Part shown: positions 13,001 through 27,100 of the stretch, one piece after another
Numbering within the stretch: position 1 is the first letter of the stretch
Layout: each line of letters starts with the position of its first letter
Origin: Daphnia carinata
Lineage: Eukaryota
DNA: 64,000 nucleotides
Reading direction: 5' to 3'
Assembly: GCF_022539665.2 (NCBI RefSeq)
Contig: NC_081331.1
Coordinates: 11,098,001 to 11,162,000, forward strand
The notes under the pieces: generated by a model
Database searches by the model: none
What the model was told of the DNA's origin: nothing
What the model saw: the letters and a program-made list of their open reading frames with translations, nothing else
Made by a program: the position numbers and the translations under genes

Positions 13001-13479
13001 TTTTGCGACGAGATCTTCTTTTAGCCATAGGTAAACTGGCAATGAACTTTTGATCTTTAGCCCTTTTCCCATGACTTACTCGCGAAGAGATCAAATAAAA
13101 TTGGGCCATTGTTTAGGGAGCGTGCGTCGCAAGCAAGACGATATCAGTGACGATTCACTGGTGATCTTCAACGGCGTTCTTCAGAACAATGCCTCGGCAT
13201 CGTCACCAGTGAAATTGCGTCGCATTTTAGATCTGGCTCCTATCACTGTCACTGATCATACGCCCATGGAAACTGTCATCGACATGTTCAGGAAATTGGG
13301 ACTTAGGCATGTTCTAGTCACTCATAATGGGTACGTCTAATCAATAATGTCTTAACAAATCAATCTCAATATTTTTGTCATTTTATTGATTTAGACGGTT
13401 ATTGGGCATCATAACGAAGAAAGACGTTATGCTCCACATGTCACACCATCAGAGGACTATACCGTCTGTGTTTCATTGA
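10009..13479 (+). CDS. CLCN3: CLC-family anion/H+ exchanger of the ClC-3/4/5 (Drosophila ClC-c) clade with two CBS domains; multi-exon
   Basis: [17 protein letters not shown] (11160-11174), [47 protein letters not shown], and CBS segments ending [14 protein letters not shown] at 10009, TGA at 13477-13479. The symbol denotes the clade. Confidence 0.93.
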
Positions 13480-15503
13480 GCGAAACAAACATAGGTTTAT
13501 CATCATTTAAGTTTTGAATGTCTGCAAAAAAAACAATTGTTACTTCCACTCTACATATAGCTTCGTGCTCTAATCAGCTGATCGTCATGAATGTGCCGAT
13601 TTTTTTGTTTCTCACTCGCCATTCACTCAATGTGCAAATTCTACAAAAGAAAAAGGTTTCTAGTCGACCTTATACATCATCTGCTTGAATTCAACGGAAA
13701 TTATCTATTTTTACAAATGGTAGCTGGATGGCTTATTCGTTGGGCTTGTTCGGCAACAAATCCGTATCCTACCTCGTTGAAAAGACGAGGTTATTGTTCT
13801 AAAAAATGCGTATTATATATTATATTGAAAAATACACCTCGTGTTCTGTAGAATGTTTATCGTTTGTTTTCTTTGCCCAAACCGATGAGAGATTGTATTT
13901 GTTTCCAAATAGGGAAATGGAAAGTTCTTTAGCTTACTAGCTTTAGTCTATCCCAGTCCAGATGACTCAACATTTTGAAATAATTTGTTTTTCGACTTAT
14001 CAAGTTTAATCGGACATTGAAGTTCCTAGTTAGAAAAGTTGCCGTTCACCTCGCTAGATGTCAGGTAATGAAACGTCGTTCTCACAATTCCTTGGCGGCC
14101 AATTTTTAACTGCACGTAAACCCCTTTTACCAGTTTGTATTGTATGATGTGTTACTTTTGCTCCTGACGGGTTTCCATCGTGAAAAGGCTTATTTTGAGA
14201 TCCAATTGTGTGAATACGACTTCGTCATGCAGGTAATATAAATGCACGTTATCTTGTAGAATGGACTAAAACTTCCTCCACAACGTTGGTTAATCAAGCA
14301 ACAGAAATCCATTCCTTTTCATATGGAACAAGTCCCCCTCTATACTTCCTGTCTAATTATCCATGCTTTCCAACTTTTTTCGATTACGCCATGGCGTAAT
14401 AACATGCACATATTGTGAAGTTAGGATTTTTCGAAAAAAGGTTGATTGGGAATGAATAATTAGTAGGCAAATGTCTACACATTTGGCTCTCCTTTTTAGT
14501 CTTACACGAGTGACGAAAGCATTTTAAGAGGTGAAAATGTCACTGAACTTGAGCTACCGGTTATTGTCAACACGAAAGCTGATTGTAACAGTTCATTCCC
14601 CATCGAAAAATTGGGCTTATTTGGGGTTGTCATAGCAATAGACAGGTTCGTACATGAAATAAGAGCAAGGTCGAATCTTGCTGTACGATTTCAATGAAGG
14701 TGGCCAACAAAAAAGATGGTCAATTCCAAACAGCCGAAAATTAACAGCTCCATGGTGAGGACGACAACAACAAGCCAGCAGTCAACCAGCAACATAAAAA
14801 ATATATAGGTAGTATATAAATATAACTTGGTATACTGTAGGAAATGAAAGGCTCTGGTCTATTCATTGCTTTGGGGGGTTCCACCACAGGTAGATTCTGG
14901 CATTCGGTACATTGACTCGAGCCTTTGTACGCAAACCTGTACCAGTGGTACCTGTCCTAGCCTCCTGTCGTACCCTCTCAAAAGTGGGAAGAAAAAAGAG
15001 ATGGAAGACCCTAACTCAAAGTCTCCTACACTCTGTGCCATTCTAATTTCCACCGACAGTCTTTTCATGACGTGTCGAAATTAATTTTATTTAATCATTG
15101 TGATACGTGGAACAAATACGTGAGCATAAGTACATGCTCAACTAGTTATCAGATTAATTATAATTCCAGTGGATCAGGCAGTGGGTAGAAATGTTGCGAA
15201 AACAAACAACCCGTTTGAATTTAGAGTGTCTCGAGTGTACCATGTACCACAGGTAGGAGCTTCGAACGGTGAGCAAGAGCCCGGCGTTGGCCAGTCAGCT
15301 TGTAAGCCAGGTGGAGGACTAAACTCTGGCTGGCATTTTTGTTAGCAAAGCCGAAAAGTGCGTCAACGCACAAAACACAAGAGCAACTAACGAATCGCAT
15401 GACTCGGTGCCGCCACGTAGTCCAGTGGCACTTTAGTTTGTTGGATAGCCATTTTCGTTTTGTTATTCTTCACCAGTTGAGTGGAGTTTGTCGATTCCCT
15501 TTG

Positions 15504-15536
<33 letters not shown>

Positions 15537-18117
15537 GTACTCAAGTGATAATCAGTGCAATACGAAAAAAAAAAGCGGACCAGCACCAACAAGCTGGAGA
15601 GTGACATTGTTGCCAGTCAAGCACATCGAGCTTCTTCACTGGATTTCTTCTTCTTTTGAAAAAAAAAAAAAAAAAATAAACCCATAGGAATTTTTGTTTT
15701 CTCCACAGTGACTGACTAGAGATCCGGTGAGCATATCGACCTCGTTGTTCTTCATATTTTCTTATTTCCATTCTGAAATTCATCAATTTCTTTTATCGTG
15801 CACATTTTTCTCTGATGGATATCGAAAGATGCATACCTGGTCCGTTATACTAATTGCCTTACCTGAGGCGTATGGGATTTCATATGTGAAACTATAGCAG
15901 ATGGAACGCACACATTCATCAGTGATACCCACTTGTCTACGCAAACCATTGAATATCAAATGTTTTTTTTTGTTTTTTTTTACAATCGTAACGACATTTA
16001 ATTTTTCAATGGAAGCATTGAGGTTAGTCAGAAATCGCGTGTGTGTACGCGTCTTTGTGAAAAAGAGTCCATCAAACATTTTCTGGTTTTGCTTCTGTCT
16101 ACTGGTCCTTCATTTTTTCTTTCTCGTCTTCTACCTGTTCTTTTTGGACGCCAGGTAGGGTAAGGAAAAAAAAAAGAAAACCCTCGAGCCAGCCTCTTTT
16201 TGCTATTGCTCTCGACGTTCAAGGCCGCCTAGCTCTTGGGAAACTTTTTTTTTTCTTAAAAAAAAATTTACAAAAAAAGAGATAACAACTAACGTCTGGG
16301 ATCGGAAGAAAAGCCGGGCACATACGAAAGTAGTTTTGACAAATCGCTGCTCGCAGAATTTGCATGTCACAATCCGCTGAATAAGCAAAGTAAAAAGACA
16401 GGTTAGGAAATCGCTTACAAATGGATTCAATCGTTGCATTCTCGTAATTGAAAAATTAAATGAATCAAAGGCAACCGCATTTTTAAAACCCAAAAAAAAA
16501 TTTTTAAATTAGGAAACGAAGAAACGAGTCGGCTCAACGACCGGCTTTTTTTTTTCTTGTCTGACTCTTCTTTTTTTCCATCCGGAATTTCTTCACACAG
16601 AGTGTTCGGTACTCGCTCCGCTGACTAGGCCCCCAAACGGAAGCGTCAGCTTGACCACGCTTTCGATTTTTATGCCGTATATTTTTACTTGTTTTTTTTA
16701 GCTTGTTTACTAGTCGAGGAATTCTCTCACAGGGCGCAATAAAAAGAATTCAAGCGGAAAAGAATCACCTCCGCACGAAAAAAAAAAGGTGGGGGGAAGG
16801 AAAAAGAAGTAATTTGATTCGCTAGGAATTGCGATGATTTTTCTGTTTGCACTGCGCTGTTTGAACTATATACTTAGCCAAAAAAAAAATAAAGATGACG
16901 TGACATCATTCACCGTGAAGGTACATTCAATAAGAGAAATAAGCCGCGACGATCTAGTTTGGATTCTCTTATTTTGTACTGTGTGTTTGCCGTGATTAGC
17001 ATACAGGATTGTCGGGTCATTTCCTTGTTATTCTGGTTTTTCTGTGTTCTTTTCGAGTCCGTTTCTCTGTTTGCTGGTCACCTCAGCGTATAAGGGAATA
17101 GATAGGAAAAAAAAAGCTAAGGGAAAATAACTGGGTGAGATCGGTCGTAACGGAATTGGTCGAGTCTTGAATCTGACGGAAAAAAAACCATTCCCGTTTT
17201 CTTTCCCTGTTTTGCCCGAATTTTTCTTTTTCTTTTTTAAATATTTCTTTTTTGCTTTGTAAATTCATTTATTTCCACGGAGAGTGGTCGGCGTTGATGG
17301 TAACGGATTGCTCGTCAGAAAAGCCGCAGTCACAAGCTTTACCTCAAAATTCCCTGTGTCCACTATTATACGAGAAATTATTCCACGTGGCTGAACTGTT
17401 AAAAATAGATGCTCAGATTAAAATAATAGAATAGGTGAGAAGAATAATTGTATTCACATCCAATTAAAAGAATCGATTTTAGGAGATTACACGTGAGTTT
17501 AACAATCAGGTGATAAGCTCGATATTGCGTTCCCTACAGCTAACTGGGCTTTCCAAATGAAAATAAGGGAATAAGAGTATATTTTAAGTTAAGAAGGCTT
17601 ATGTAAACAGAAAAAAAAAAGATAATGTAACACAAAAGATAAAAGGGAAAGAAACCTGACTGTGCAGAAAAACCCGTACAAATGTTATTGTGTCAACTGT
17701 GCATTGAATTAGGGACTGCGATAACGTCATTTTTCTAATAAATTCATATTTTTGCTTGTCGATTTGCTTGTTAACCTGACCCTCATTTCCATAATGAAAA
17801 ATGCGTCATTTTCAGACCTTTTGAATCCATATAAAGAAGCTTGTTTTTCCGCTACTGTTGCCCACTGATTTTGATGGTGCTATTATTGTTGTTATTATTA
17901 TTATTTCTTCTTTTTCTGTGTGTGGTATAATTTTTTTTTTTTCATTTTTAACACAGACAGACGGCTGGAAGTAATTGCGTGCTGTGCCGCAGTGGCGGGC
18001 GGCAGAAGCGAATAACGGCCCGCGCGGACAAACCGAAGACGACAGCGCGGCCTTTGGACTTTTGAACGAAATTTCTTTTTTTTAATAAAGAAACGAAGAA
18101 GAAAGTAAATAGGAAAA

Positions 18118-21100
18118 ATGGTGATAGTTTCCCGGGTAAGCTATTTTTCTTTTAACAAACGTCGTTATGTTCCTTGATGCATGGGTTTAAAACCTGTCAG
18201 TTTCAATTATTATTTCTCGTTTTGGAAAAAAAAATTTTTTTTTGTTTGTTGTAAATGTGGCTTTTGAAATTGACATTTCCCCGCTGTGGGTGTTGCGTAC
18301 TTACCTCGTGGCGGCTGCTGTTGTTGCTGCGGTTGGTCAGTGACCTTCCAGGGATGACGTTGCGTACTTCTCCAGTTAGACACGGGGGAAAGAAAAGCTA
18401 ACGCCCTATTCACACCATCATACATATGAGAATTAGGCATTCACTGAAATTAAACAGGCAACTAAAAAAAATGAAATCATTTTTGAGAGCGCGCCCTTTC
18501 ATATTACATCTTCCGAAACGGAAGTTTTGTTTCCGGTTTTAGACGGACGTCCGGTTTTTTTTTTCAAATGTCGAACTGACATGATTTGTAATAAAGCCTC
18601 CAAAAAAAAAAGGGGGGGGGGGGTTACATTTTATTTTTTAAAGGAAGCTTTAGTAAAATAATAAAAACTTCCCAAGCGGAAGGCACGGCAAAGTTTCACA
18701 ATTAGGTCGTAATGATTTTTTGGGAGCAAACATCTGTTATGTTTTGTTAGGCGACGCGTATCCTTTTCGTCACCGCGAAGATGTTGTTACTTTGGTTGTC
18801 TTTGATCCAACGGGATGAGATGTAGCACTGTATGCGCTTCAAAGAAGAAGACACCCGCAAAATGTCAGTTGGTGTCGGAAGAAGGTTCAAAACCTACACC
18901 GGCAAAAATAATCAAGCGAGAAATCTAACGGGTTTCGGCAACAGGCTGCGTTTTGGGGCGACCGCAGCTGCCGTAGGAGGTCGTCATCGTCATTTACCAC
19001 GCTGAAGAAGAATCGGAAAACAATCTCGCAACTAATGCTACACACACATGCGGCATATGTGTCGTCTATACACACCCACACGAACGTTTAACGATTAGGG
19101 ACAACGTTCTTCTGAAACACTCAACGAAGCGGAACTAAAGTCAAGTATTAAAAAGAAAAGGGAAAAAAAAGTAATAATAAAAATGAGAGGGAATCTGAAT
19201 CTATTCGGCTCATAGCTGTAACTTAATGTTGTTTCGTTCTCGGACGACGACTCAAGTCAGCGACGTAATTCAAAAAGTAGCTGCGGAATTTTTCTCTCTT
19301 GTGCGTTACTCTCGGGGCCATCCACCTGCTGTTCTTCCTTATTTTCTTTTCTTCTTTAGAAAAAAAAAATGTGAGCTATACGCAAACAGCTGACTCATCA
19401 GGCTAGTAACCGAGCAAATTAAAAATGAACTAAAAATGCGTTTTCCTTGTGAGGGGATTCTCTTCTATCGAATCCTTGCGATGCTACTAAAGAAATGGGA
19501 TCAACTCATCACGTGAAAATTTGTCATATTTATCGTCTTATCATTAGGAGAAAGATAACAATGCCCAACCCCCGCACTATCGCTAACCTACGCTCAGTGA
19601 CTTCAGAACGGTTTTGAGGGGTTCACGCTAGTTGAATCATCAAGTGATTCTTGTTGTGTTTGAAAGTGAAAGTTGAGTTGGAAATTAATTAAGGACATCA
19701 TCTACTACTGTAGTTTAGACAAGTCACGATCGCCCATGGACTATTTGTCATCCGCTGTGATTAACTTGTGAAAGATGTCGCATGAGGAAATGGACGTTCA
19801 GATTTTTACCTACGTAAGATTTTTCGTTTTCGTTTTGTTCCCATTTCCCCCTGTTCCCCTGGCCACTTGTCCGACTTTCCCTTCCACTGTGTTTGTTGTT
19901 ATACCGAGGTCACCATCGCCGCTTTTTCTGCGTGAACACGACGTGTAGACATGTACGGGCCAGTGATCATGTCAATGTCTACTCCTATTGGCATGATTCC
20001 GCTCTGCTTCGCCAAATACATCCAATCCCGTTACTACGCGTCGTTGTCTTTGTGTGACAGTCCGTTGGGATCCGTTCCAATTCCGATCGCAATAATTCAC
20101 AGTTATGATGCGAGAATTGACACGTCCTTATTTGTGATAATTATTATTCATTCCCTGTTTTTTTTTTTTTTTTGTAGGGCGATTATGTCTGGATCGAGCC
20201 CAGCACCAAACGAGAATTCGACGTGGCTATCGGAGCCCGAGTCGTTTCGGCCGAAGGGAAACGGATCCAGGTCGTTGACGACGACGGCAAAGTAAGTTCT
20301 GTCACCTCTTACCTTTTCTGTTTGATTTGCAGATGACGGTCACGAAATAGTGAGGCAACACTTTTGTTTCACCAGTTTTTTCAAAATGGTTGACCGCAAA
20401 CGTCACAGCCGTTTGAGATAAGATCAGATTCTTATGTCATAACGTCAAATCGACCGCCTTTTGCGTGTTTTTCTTTTGTTGTTGTGTTGAACTTTTTGTA
20501 TGATGTCATTCATAAATGTATGTCGTTTTCTATTTTATTTTGTGTGTTTTTTTTGCAGGAACAATGGCTGACACCGGAGCGACGTATCAAAGCCATGCAT
20601 CCGACATCCATCCAGGGCGTCCAGGATATGATTTCGCTGGGCGATTTGCACGAAGCGGGCATCTTGCGCAATTTGCACATTCGCTACAATGAAAACATCA
20701 TCTATGTAAGTCACATACTTGGCTTATACGTTTTATTTCATTTGTCATTGGCCCACATTTTATTAATGAGAATACAAACTTGCAATCTGTTTGTGCACAG
20801 ACTTACACCGGATCGATTCTGGTGGCCGTCAATCCGTACCAGATTCTGCCCATCTACACGGCCGAGCAGATCAAACTGTACCGAGAACGGAAAATCGGTG
20901 AACTACCTCCGCACATTTTCGCCATAGGCGACAATTGCTACACGCAAATGAAACGGTTTCGTCAGGACCAGTGTATCGTTATCAGGTATGGATGCCTCAC
21001 CATTTAGGAATGCTTAATTGAAGTAGACTGAGATTAGGCTGTCTGCTTTTGAAGCAGACGAATTCCGCCTGGCCTCGTTGTTCAGTCATTTTCAATGGCC

Positions 21101-24100
21101 GTCTTCTTTCTTTTTTATTTTCTGTGCATACGTGCGTGTGCCTTGCAGCCATAAAAGACCACCTGCCATCACTAATCTTTTTTTTTCCTTGCGTTATCAG
21201 CGGTGAGTCGGGAGCGGGAAAAACCGAGAGCACCAAATTGATCTTACAATACCTGGCGGCCATTAGTGGCAAACATTCTTGGATCGAACAGCAAATCCTC
21301 GAAGCCAATCCTATCCTTGAAGGTATTAAATCCGATTTTTGCCTGTTTGTAGATGGCACCCAAAACTAAAAATTCTGGTCGTATGTTTGCTTTTTTAAGC
21401 GTTTGGAAATGCCAAAACGGTGCGAAATGACAACTCTTCTCGATTCGGCAAGTACATCGACATCAGTTTCAACAAGAAAGGCACCATCGAAGGCGCCAAT
21501 ATCGAGCAATACTTGCTGGAGAAATCGCGCATTGTGGCGCAGAATCCGGGCGAGAGAAACTACCACATCTTCTACTGCATGCTGGCCGGCATGAGCAAAG
21601 ATGATAAACAGAAATTCGATCTACAAGACGCCAGTCAATACAAATACCTCACCGGGGTGAATGTTGCTATATCATCTTCAATCGTACAGGAGCTATAAAT
21701 TTGTGTATGCTTTACAGGGCAACAGCACTACTTGCCAGGGTAGAAATGATGCCAATGAATTTGCTGAAATTCGTTCGGCCATGAAAGTTCTGCTCTTCAC
21801 CGAGTCAGAAATTTCCGACATTCTTCGAGTGCTAGCCGCTCTTTTGCACCTGGGAAATGTTTCCTTTAAAGGAGTTGTCATCAGTAAGAATCCAGCCCTT
21901 TTTAAAAAAATAATTTTGAAGCTATTCATTTATTCAACAAAAATGTTCTTTGTTCTACAGGCAACATGGATGCTAGTGAAATTCCAGATCCCTCCAACGC
22001 GATTCGTGTCTCGAAATTGTTGGGAGTCGATCCTCGAGAGATGGTAGACGCTCTTACCACTAAAACCATTTTTGCCCAAGGAGATTCAGTGGTGAGTCGT
22101 ATAGTTTCCCACTCTAACTCGAATCCGGTTTCATGGAATTCTTTGATTCAAATATAGGTATCAAGACTATCTAAAGTGCAAGCCCTAGATGTTCGAGATG
22201 CGTTCGCGAAAGGTATTTACGGCCGATTGTTCATCTGGATTGTCAACAAGCTGAACTGTGCTATCCGAAAATCTGATGAAATGGACACAAGCTCTATTGG
22301 AGTATTGGATATTTTTGGTTTTGAAAATTTCAGCATCAACAGGTATTTTTTTTTTTTTATTGGAGGTCTATCTAGTGAATGTCAACTAACAAATTATTTC
22401 TACTGATACCTAAATAAGTTTCGAACAGTTTTGCATCAACTACGCCAACGAGAACCTGCAACAGTTTTTCGTCCGTCACATTTTCAAACTGGAACAAGAG
22501 GAATACAATGCGGAAAACATTAGCTGGCAGCATATCGAATTCGTCGACAACCAAGACTCGCTCGATTTAATCGCCATCAAACAAATGAATATTATGGCTC
22601 TCATCGACGAAGAATCGAAATTTCCAAAGGTAATATAGTTATTCTTTTAAAATCATTTCTTCTAGTCAACCAATGATTGTCTTTGTAGGGCACGGATCAG
22701 ACCATGTTGGCCAAGTTGAACAAGACGCACGGAAGCAACAAAAACTATGTCAAACCTCGCTCTGATTTGCAAGCATCTTTTGGTTTTAATCATTTTGCTG
22801 GTGTTGTATTTTACGACGCCAGAGGTACGTGAGCCACTTCCATTTCCAGTTACTCTTGTTTACGTTATTTGTTGGGTCTTTCGTTTTAGGATTTCTGGAT
22901 AAGAATCGAGATTCTTTTAGCGCCGATCTGATGCAGTTGGTGCACGTGACAACCAACAAATTCTTGAGGACTTTGTTTGCTGAAGACATTTCCATGGGAT
23001 CGGAGACGCGAAAGAAGGCCCCCACCTTGTCGGCCCAGTTTAAGAAATCGCTCGACTCTCTGATGCGAACACTCAGTGCCTGTCAGCCGTTTTTTGTGCG
23101 CTGCATTAAGCCGAACGAACTCAAACAATCGATGGTATATAAAAAAAACAAAACAAAAATAATAACGTTGTGACGGACATAATTCAATTGTTCTTTCGAA
23201 TTAGGTTTTCGATCGTGAACTGTGCTGCCGCCAATTGCGCTACTCGGGTATGATGGAAACCATCCGCATCCGGCGGGCAGGCTATCCTATCCGTCATACT
23301 TTCCGGGAATTTGTCGAACGTTACCGATTCCTCATTTCCGGATGCCCTCCGCCTCACAAGGTACATTGTTTGAATTGAATTAAACTTGCAGCGGTTCGTG
23401 ACTGATAACGATTTACTTACTTAGGTGGACTGCAGGCAAGCGACGGCCAGGATCTGTTCTGCTACTTTAGGAAAGACGGATTATCAACTGGGCCAGACCA
23501 AGGTCTTTTTGAAAGACGCTCAGGATCTGTTCCTGGAACAAGAACGTGATCGAGTGCTAACCAAAAAATTGATTATCATCCAGCGTTGCATCCGCGGATG
23601 GATTCATCGACGTCGCTATCTCCGTCTCAGGGCCGCCGCTATCGTCATCCAGCGCCAGTGGAGACGGCAAGCTCAACGCAAACGCTACCTGGAAATGCGC
23701 AGCGGTTTCCTCCGGCTCCAGGCTCTCATCCGTTCTCGAATCCTGTCTCATCGTTTCCAGCATTTGCGTGGTCACATTGTCGGTCTACAGGCCCGTTGTC
23801 GTGGTTATTTGATCCGCAGCCAATTCCGCATGAAAACTCAGGCAGTGGTTATCATACAGAAACACGTCCGCCGGATGATTGCTCAATGTCGCTACAAGAA
23901 AATGAAAATCGAACAGCGACATCGACTGGAAGCTCTGCGCATGCGCGAGCAGGAAGAACGAGATCTCAAAAAGGCCGGAAACAAACGCTACAGAGAAATC
24001 GCTGACCAACATTACAGGGTATGAAAAATTCTTCTACATCATGTGAAAGACCCGGTTTTCTTTATTAATGACAATCGATAAAACTAACAGGAAAGGCTTA

Positions 24101-27100
24101 TGGAAATGGAACGAAGACAACGGGAAACCGAGAGAGCCAATCGGCAGCAACTGGAATCGAATCGCGAGAAAATGAAAGAAGCGGCGATCAAAGATCAAGA
24201 ACCATCCAACATCGACAATTACATCGACGATCAGTTCAAAGATCTATTCAAATTGTCACCGGATTCAGGCAACGAGAGGGAGAGAGATAGAGACGGAGAA
24301 CAACAATCAATTTTCGGGGTACTATCTTGATCTAATGCATTTTACAAGTTTTAATAAGCGAAACTTAAAATTTGAAATTCAATAGAATATCCCAATGGGT
24401 AAGAGTGATGCCAACGAGCCAATGCTGGCCGTTCCCAGCGCTGGACTGGGCTCTAATGAAGACGTATCGGAATATCGTTTCCAGAAATTCGCCGCCACCT
24501 ACTTCCAGAGTAACGCCACTCATCAGTATTCCAGGAAACCGCTAAAGTCCTCCTTGCTCTTGCTCCAAACACAAGGCGACCAACTCGTAAATAAAAAAAA
24601 AAAAAAAAAAAACAATAGATTAAAAGATAATTTCACACTGTACGTAATTTGTATTGGACTGTAGGCGGCGTTGGCTTTGTGGGTAACCATTCTACGCTTC
24701 ATGGGCGACATGCCCGAGCCGAAATATCACTCGACGGAGCGAGACAATACATCCGTCATGACTCGTGTTTCGGCTACGCTCGGCCGCAATTTTATCCGCA
24801 CCAAGGATTTCCAAGATGCGCAAATTATGAACGCAGAATCGGTTAGATAAGTTTTGAATAATAACAATAGAGCGAGGAAATTAACAATCTTATGCCATAT
24901 TTTGCGCTTTGTCATGGCAGGAAGCATATCCTAAGGGGACGTCCAAACAGCGCTCGATTCGCCATAAATTGGTTTCTTTGACGCTGAAAAGGAAAAATAA
25001 ACTGGGCGATGATGTCCGGCGTAAGTTGCAAGAAGATGATTACACAACGGAATCGTACACGTCGTGGCTGGATTCACGACCTACATCCAACTTGGAGAAA
25101 CTTCATTTTATTATCGGGCACGGTATCCTCCGCGCTGAATTGAGGTACATCCTATTTGTCCTTAAAGATAGTGACGTTCTGTTTTTATTAATTTTTCCAA
25201 TGTTTTCTTGCTTTGTGAAGGGATGAAATCTATTGTCAGATTTGTAAGCAGCTGACCAACAATCCTTCCAAGTCGAGTCACGCACGCGGATGGATTCTCT
25301 TGTCGCTTTGCGTTGGCTGTTTTGCTCCGTCCGACAAGTTTATCAAATACTTGCGCGCTTTCATTCGGGAAGGGCCACCAGGGTACGCACCTTATTGCGA
25401 AGAACGTCTCGCCCGCACATTTAATAACGGCACTCGCAATCAACCGCCCAGCTGGCTAGAGCTGCAGGTAAATAAACTTTTTCTCCAACTTCCTCATGAA
25501 AAAAAAGAAGAAAAAAAAAAACAAATGACGATCAATTTTGCACGTAGGCAACTAAATCGAAGAAAACGTTGACGTTGCCCATAACGTTTATGGATGGAAA
25601 TACGAAGACTTTGCTAGCAGATTCTGCGACAACAGCCCGTGAACTGTGCGACCAATTGGCTGAAAAAATCGGCCTCAAGGATCAATTTGGATTTTCTCTT
25701 TGTACATCGCCTTGTTCGATAAAGTGTCGTCGCTGGGCAGCGGAGGCGATCACGTCATGGACGCCATTTCGCAGTGCGAGCAGTACGCTAAGGAGCAAGG
25801 AGCCCAGGAGCGCAACGCTCCGTGGAGGCTCTTCTTCCGCAAGGAGATTTTCGCTCCTTGGCACGACCCGACGGAAGACACGACGGCCACTAATTTAATT
25901 TACCAGCAAGTTGTCCGCGGCGTGAAATTCGGCGAATACCGTTGCGATAAAGAAGAAGATTTGGCCATGATTGCTGCCCAGCAGTATTTCATCGAATACG
26001 GAAGCGATATCAGCATCGACCGGTTGCTCACCTTGTTGCCCAACTACATTCCAGACTACTGTCTCTCCACCGGCGACAAGGCCGTCGATCGATGGGCCCA
26101 GCTGACTGTCACCGCTTTGAAGAAGGTACCTGAGCAGCTGTTTCTTTCTCATGAATAGCAATTATTCTAATGACATTTTCTCCTGTATTTCAGAGTTACT
26201 ACATAAAAGAGCGGGTACCTTCTAGTCGCGTCAAGGAGGACATTGTCAATTATTCCAAGCTCAAATGGCCGCTACTCTTTTCACGCTTCTACGAAGCTTT
26301 CCGCTCTTCAGGTAAACAAATTTCAACTGCTTTCTTTTATCGTTCATTTTTAAAACTACAGTTTTTGGGGGGTTAACTTTCGGACATTATGTATAGGTCC
26401 TAACCTACCGAAGAACGATGTCATTATCGCCGTCAATTGGACGGGAGTCTACGTGGTTGACGATCAAGAACAAGTGCTCCTTGAACTCTCTTTCCCCGAG
26501 ATTACCTCCATTTCGTCGCAAAAGTATGCCGGTTATCATCATTTTGTTACGATGCATGCGAAGATATTCAACGATTTTCGTTTTCTTTTATTCAGGACGA
26601 GCAAAGCTTTTAGCCAGACTTTCACTCTGAGCACTGTACGAGCAGAAGAGTTCACTTTCCAGAGCCCCAACGCAGAAGATATTCGCGATTTGGTTCAATT
26701 TTTCTTGGAAGGATTAAAGAAACGTTCCATGTACGCTGTAGCTTTGCAAGACTACAAAGGTAACTAATGTCGTTGACTCGTTTACTGGCTAACAAAGAAA
26801 GCCACACTCATAAACGGCAATTTGATGGTTAACAAAAATCTATAAAATCAACAGAGGATGGAGCAACTTACTTGCAGCTGAGCAAAGGCGATCTTGTGGT
26901 ACTCGATCCGAGCAGCCGCGGTGAGGCCGTTCTGAGTGGCAGTTGGTGTTCCGGTCGCAGTGAACGAACAGGCGAGCAAGGTGACTTTCCTTCAGAGGTC
27001 GTTTGTATCGTTCCGGCCATGAGTAAACCACCCGAAGAGATCATGGTGAGTCTCCAGTTTAAAATATTTTTTTTTTTAGTCTTGTTTTCCTTGTTTTCTC

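Noticed and set aside
13500..17900. Short ORFs between the CLC gene and Myo7a, including a 34-aa hydrophobic minus-strand ORF near 14692-14795
   Set aside because: No recognisable homology or consistent exon chain. The region is better explained as CLC 3'UTR plus Myo7a promoter and 5'UTR introns.
4610..18623. Long homopolymers (A-run at about 4610-4639, T-run at about 15507-15536, G-run at 18612-18623)
   Set aside because: Common throughout the non-coding DNA here and prone to sequencing length errors, with no specific structure.
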